DNA of 10,237 nt. Source: Candidatus Micrarchaeota archaeon. GTDB lineage: Archaea; Micrarchaeota; Micrarchaeia; Norongarragalinales; SBBD01. The DNA lies in NCBI GenBank assembly GCA_038046605.1, contig JBBSVW010000049.1, positions 1 through 10,237 on the forward strand, in the 5' to 3' direction. Of this stretch, positions 6,211 through 10,237 are shown piece after piece. The translations under genes were made by a program, and so were the position numbers. The notes under the pieces were generated by a model that had not been told where the DNA came from, ran no database searches, and saw only the letters and a program-made list of their open reading frames with translations. How positions within the stretch are numbered: position 1 is the first letter of the stretch; every line of letters begins with the position of its first letter.

Positions 6211-9006
6211 ATGGGGCATATGAGCGAAACATCAGACCTTGCGTCAATTGCAATCATTTTTTTCTCACTGCTGTTCATTGTTGTGATGATTGGCGAAGGG
6301 TCATTTTCAGGCTTGTTCCTGCTTCGGCCAGTGCCATCAGTAATTCCAACACTTCTGCCAATCCCAACCGCAAACGCATTCCAGGATCCCGAAATAATCC
6401 GGTTAAACGGCGAGCTGAAGCGCGAAAATGGCCGCTTTAAATCTGCGCGGGATTTGGAAAAAAAGGGAGTATTCGATGGCTCTTCTGAAATTGCCAAAAG
6501 GCGGCATGCACGAATGGAGGAATTGGCAAGGGTTGATCCAGCAAGGGCAATAACAAGTGCGATTTCAAATGAGGAGCGCGCGGTGCTCTCCTTGGAGTTT
6601 TTGCAGTTTTTTGAAAAGCGCGTGGAAAATGAGGAGGGCGAGCTCATGGTCCTTTTCATCGACGATTTCGAAAATGGGCGTGTGGAAAAATTTGTGAGGC
6701 GCAAGGGCGGGGAGATCCAACGATTGATTGAAAGCAAATCCGACAATCGCGCATTTTACTCCGGCAAAAAAATCAATTTAAAGGGGCTTGAAATCGCAAA
6801 CATGCTGGTTTTGGAGGATCCCATTTCCGGCTCTGGCGGGGATCCGGGTGGGGACCCTGCGCTATCCCCGCTGGCTGCGGATAATTTGGGCATCCAGAAT
6901 GTGGCGCTCATACTTTTCAATTTCAATGACACGGATGTGACATTTGGCAATGCAACTTTGCAAACCCAAATCGCGGCAATGGTTAACTATTACGGTGAAA
7001 ATTCATACAATAAAACCGCAATGAATTTTTCCGTTTTTGGCCCGTACACAATTAGCCTAAACCGTGATTGCCAGAATTATGTGGGCATCATGAATTCCAT
7101 ACTTTCGGTTGCTGATAATGACATTTACTATCCCCTCTTTCCGCGCCTTATACTCGATTTCCCTGACAGCTCCTGCACCTATGGCGGGCTTGGCACAATT
7201 GGAAAAACTTCGCTTATTACCGCCGATGGAACGGTCAGTTCCTCAGTTTCATGGCTTCCATACGGCATGACCCTTTACTATGGCGGGCATGAAATGGGGC
7301 ATAATCTGGGGGTTTACCATGCGAATAATTATTTTTGCGGGATAAACGTGAATCCCGGTTCGATTGACATCCCCCCCAGTTGCACATCCCATCAATATGA
7401 CGATCCGTATGAAATTATGGATGCTGGCAATTTCTTCAACAATCATTTCGGCGCCTATTACAAGGAGCAGATCGGCTGGTTTTCCGCGGGCAATGTGGTT
7501 TCGCCTGCAAACGGGATCTATTTTCTTGAGCCTATCGAAACCAACAGCTCCGGAATCCAGGCGCTCAAAATCCCCTATGCCGGAAGGGGCTATTCGTATT
7601 ATTTGGAGTATCGCCAGCCAATTGGCTTTGATTCGACCGGCTACCAAAAGCAAAACGGCACCTTCGTGCGCCTTTCCGGAATTTATTCCAACGGCGGCAC
7701 CTCGCACCTGATAGATGCGAACTATTCCACCTTGCTCTCCTCTTATTCGCGAGGCATGTTCTTCGATGCATTCATGAAGCCCGGCCAAAGTTACGCCGAC
7801 TCCTTCAACAATTTGCAATTCACAATTATGGACGCCTCCCCACTAGGCGCATACATTGAGATTTGGAACACTTCCCAACCACAGCCAACGCCCCTTCCCT
7901 CACCAACGCCCACAATAACGCCTACGCCATCCCCTTCGCCTTCGATTACCCCAACGCCTACAATAACCCCCACCCCATCCCCCAATGCGACGATCACGCC
8001 CACTCCGACAATTTCACCAACTCCAACAATAACCCCGAGTCCCTCTCCCAATGCATCAATTACTCCAACGCCCACAATTTCGCCAACGCCAACCCCGACG
8101 ATTTCCCTAACGCCAACGCCAACCCCCACTCCAGCAAATACTCCCACCCCAACACCATCTGCAACGCCAACAGCTACACCTACCCCAACTGCAACACCAA
8201 CTCCTACGGCAACGCCTACTGCAACTCCTACGCCAACAATCACTATTACGCCAACTCCCACTCCTACCATTTCAATAACTCCAACCCCGACGATTTCCAT
8301 AACGCCAACACCCACAATTTCCTTGACTCCAACCCCATCCGTAAATGCAACTGCTTCCCCCTCGCCAAATGCGTCAATTTCCCCATCTCCTGATGCCAAT
8401 GCGACAGCGTCCCCAACAATTGAGCCAACATCCACGCCAACAACCCCACCCTCAAGCGGTGGGGGAAGTTCAGGCGGCTCATCCTCAGGGGGAAGTTCAT
8501 CGGGAACAGGGGGTATTTCAGGCGGTACTGGCGCAATTCCAAAAATTACCCCCACTCCGACGCAAAAGCCCTCTCCAACCCAAAATGCCGCCGCAAGATA
8601 TATTGAAATTTCAAAAGAAATAGAAAGAAATCTTCCGGAACTTAGCTATGCTCCCGAATCGCAAAGGGAAATCCTGGATTTGAAATTGCGCGCCGACATT
8701 TTGCAGGAGGAGGGCAGCAGCGCATCCGCATTCATTTTGCTTTCAAGGGCGCAGGGCAAATTGCTTGAGACCATCCAGACTTCAAGGACAACACGGGCGG
8801 CGTTTTCCTGGCAGTTCGCATCCGTAGTGATTACCCTCCTGCTTTCCGCGGCGCTATTTTTCTCGCACCGCACGCGCAAGAAGACCAATGAGCTGCTTTC
8901 TGACGGTGGGAGTAATAAAATATTGCATCTGCATATGGGGCATAATTTGCATGCCAATCATTCGCATAAACCGCATGAGGAGTTACAGCCCATGGCGCCG
9001 CCTTAA
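6211..9006 (+). CDS. Membrane-anchored metzincin zinc metallopeptidase (M11 gametolysin / M6-like) with Pro/Thr stalk
   Basis: N-terminal hydrophobic signal/anchor; [11 protein letters not shown] (HExxHxxGxxH, 7288-7320); Met-turn [21 protein letters not shown]; long PT repeat; S/G linker; C-terminal TM (~8797-8865); His-rich tail. Confidence 0.88.
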   Translation: MGHMSETSDLASIAIIFFSLLFIVVMIGEGSFSGLFLLRPVPSVIPTLLPIPTANAFQDPEIIRLNGELKRENGRFKSARDLEKKGVFDGSSEIAKRRHARMEELARVDPARAITSAISNEERAVLSLEFLQFFEKRVENEEGELMVLFIDDFENGRVEKFVRRKGGEIQRLIESKSDNRAFYSGKKINLKGLEIANMLVLEDPISGSGGDPGGDPALSPLAADNLGIQNVALILFNFNDTDVTFGNATLQTQIAAMVNYYGENSYNKTAMNFSVFGPYTISLNRDCQNYVGIMNSILSVADNDIYYPLFPRLILDFPDSSCTYGGLGTIGKTSLITADGTVSSSVSWLPYGMTLYYGGHEMGHNLGVYHANNYFCGINVNPGSIDIPPSCTSHQYDDPYEIMDAGNFFNNHFGAYYKEQIGWFSAGNVVSPANGIYFLEPIETNSSGIQALKIPYAGRGYSYYLEYRQPIGFDSTGYQKQNGTFVRLSGIYSNGGTSHLIDANYSTLLSSYSRGMFFDAFMKPGQSYADSFNNLQFTIMDASPLGAYIEIWNTSQPQPTPLPSPTPTITPTPSPSPSITPTPTITPTPSPNATITPTPTISPTPTITPSPSPNASITPTPTISPTPTPTISLTPTPTPTPANTPTPTPSATPTATPTPTATPTPTATPTATPTPTITITPTPTPTISITPTPTISITPTPTISLTPTPSVNATASPSPNASISPSPDANATASPTIEPTSTPTTPPSSGGGSSGGSSSGGSSSGTGGISGGTGAIPKITPTPTQKPSPTQNAAARYIEISKEIERNLPELSYAPESQREILDLKLRADILQEEGSSASAFILLSRAQGKLLETIQTSRTTRAAFSWQFASVVITLLLSAALFFSHRTRKKTNELLSDGGSNKILHLHMGHNLHANHSHKPHEELQPMAPP
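7879..8532 (+). repeat. Low-complexity coding repeat: (PT/PS)n with ITPTPT/SPSPNA units, then a Ser/Gly linker
   Basis: Visible in the translation. Codons are synonymously diversified (ccn acn), so this is a protein-level repeat, not an exact DNA tandem array. Confidence 0.9.
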
Positions 9007-9239
9007 AAAATAAGTGATTTATCGTCTGGCTTCAAGGCGAAATCCCCTTATAAAAATAGATCTGCAATAGCCCTTTTGGCTCAATCAAGCTTTGCGCATA
9101 AAGTACCGAAAGGAAGGGCCAAATGTTTTCGGATTCCGGGCTTTTTGTTCGGCATTTCGATCTATTGCTCAGGATTGGCTTATTGTGCAAAGCCGCCCAA
9201 TCAGGCAGCTATAAATACCGGGAAAGGATGCTGTTTAAC

Positions 9240-9968
9240 ATGAGTCTGGACATGCAGCTCTTCTGGAGCGGCGCATACTTCCTTGGGCTTTTCCTTCTTT
9301 GGCTCTCCTTCTATTTGATTTCCGAACCGGTCAAGAACTTGGAGCGGGTTTCAGGGAAGCCTACGCATTGGAAATACATCCTGCTTGCCTTGGGATTCCT
9401 CCTCGCAAGGCCCGTGGTTGACGCTTATTTCAACTACTTTACGGGAAAGCCCGCAGGTGGAATACTGGATTTTGCGTCCGTCCTTGCTGTCTTGTTCGGA
9501 AGCCTCCTGGTTTTCATTCCAATAGTGAATTTAACAAAAAGGTCGCTCTCGGAGAGCATCGGATTGAGCACATGGCTTTTTTACCTTCAGCTTTCTGTTG
9601 TTGCCTTTTTCTTTGTTTCCCAAACACCCTCATTCTTCAGCCAAGTTTCCTCGGCTACTTACTTCATAGCCGCCCTGGTACTAGGCTTGAGCCTTAGGAT
9701 ACTGTCCAATTTCACGGAGCAATTCGAGATCATGTTTCCATTAAGATGGATGTTTGATACGGCTGCGTGGGTTTTGCCGCTTGCGCTTGCGATCCGGGCG
9801 TATAGCACCTCGGTTGCAACGAGGTTTGAAAGCATTGCCGTTGCGGGCTATGTATCGGGAGAGCTTAGGAACATCGTTATTTTCATGCTGTTTGTAAGTG
9901 GGCTGATATCGTTTATTGCGGCTTACACACTGAAAAGGGCGGTTTTACAGGAACCGGCTAAAACCTAA
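9240..9968 (+). CDS. Hypothetical polytopic membrane protein (~7 TM, 242 aa)
   Basis: About seven hydrophobic segments. TATAAATA at 9210-9217 supports ATG 9240 over 9123. Confidence 0.78.
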   Translation: MSLDMQLFWSGAYFLGLFLLWLSFYLISEPVKNLERVSGKPTHWKYILLALGFLLARPVVDAYFNYFTGKPAGGILDFASVLAVLFGSLLVFIPIVNLTKRSLSESIGLSTWLFYLQLSVVAFFFVSQTPSFFSQVSSATYFIAALVLGLSLRILSNFTEQFEIMFPLRWMFDTAAWVLPLALAIRAYSTSVATRFESIAVAGYVSGELRNIVIFMLFVSGLISFIAAYTLKRAVLQEPAKT

Positions 9969-10024
9969 TGTTGGTGGAGGGGCATTAAAATAATTATTTC
10001 AGTTCAGGGTACGTTATTGTTTTT

Positions 10025-10237
10025 TCAAATATTATCCGCCGCATACTCGATTTCCTCCAGCAGCTCCCTTACCTCGTAATCAAATGAGATGAACTTTGCG
10101 TGCTTCTTATGCGAATTTGCCAAATAGTCGAACTCCAAATAGCGGATCATGCTCCCGGTAACTTGCATATTGGTTGCAGTTTCCAAAGGAATGGCGGCAT
10201 GCAGCTTGGCAACGCCCATAGCCAGGCCTTTCTGATG
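10025..10237 (-). CDS. 3' end of a ThyX (FAD-dependent thymidylate synthase)-like protein, degenerate; 5' partial
   Basis: The frame is open to the window edge (HQKGLAMGVAK...). GVAKLHAAIPLETATNMQVTGSMIRYLEF...YEVRELLEEI parallels the ThyX pattern G-x-A-x-E-x-AR-x-x-LP-x-A-x-x-T-x-x-x-x-T-x-N-x-R...AQ-x-EIR-x-LA. Confidence 0.5.
   Translation of the reverse strand, partial: HQKGLAMGVAKLHAAIPLETATNMQVTGSMIRYLEFDYLANSHKKHAKFISFDYEVRELLEEIEYAADNI

Noticed and set aside
6207-7818. Antisense and alternate-frame ORFs (6207-6746, 6756-6950, 7249-7818, 7364-7711, 7565-7771)
   Set aside because: They overlap the well-supported protease gene and have no recognisable motifs.
7879-8450. CRISPR or DNA tandem array
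   Set aside because: The repeats are in-frame, synonymously varied codons with no repeat-spacer structure.
7791-8555. 254-aa Gly/Val-rich minus-strand ORF
   Set aside because: Antisense shadow of the Pro/Thr repeat codons.
9123-9239. N-terminal extension of the membrane protein
   Set aside because: It contains the TATA box that fits ATG 9240.

Overview
Archaeal-looking window: TATA boxes sit about 25-30 nt before probable leaderless starts, and there are GGTGA(GG) Shine-Dalgarno sites. A DPANN/Micrarchaeota-like origin is inferred, not proven. Left to right: a 5'-truncated coiled-coil ABC-2/YhgE-Pip-like permease; a 2-TM protein; a divergent pair of winged-helix proteins sharing a palindromic promoter; a ~338-nt highly structured non-coding element (2676-3013) closed by a perfect 12-bp inverted repeat; a 296-aa orphan protein that diverges from that element across a single central TTATAA; a three-gene RHH antitoxin / RelE toxin / DEDD-type (RNase H-like) exonuclease operon; a VirK/YbjX-like protein; a large membrane-anchored metzincin (M11/M6-like) protease with Pro/Thr repeats; a multi-TM protein; and the 3' end of a degenerate ThyX-like gene. 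The best novelty candidate is the unclassified structured ncRNA (or MITE) together with its divergently transcribed orphan partner. All structure calls were made by eye; no folding program or database search was run.
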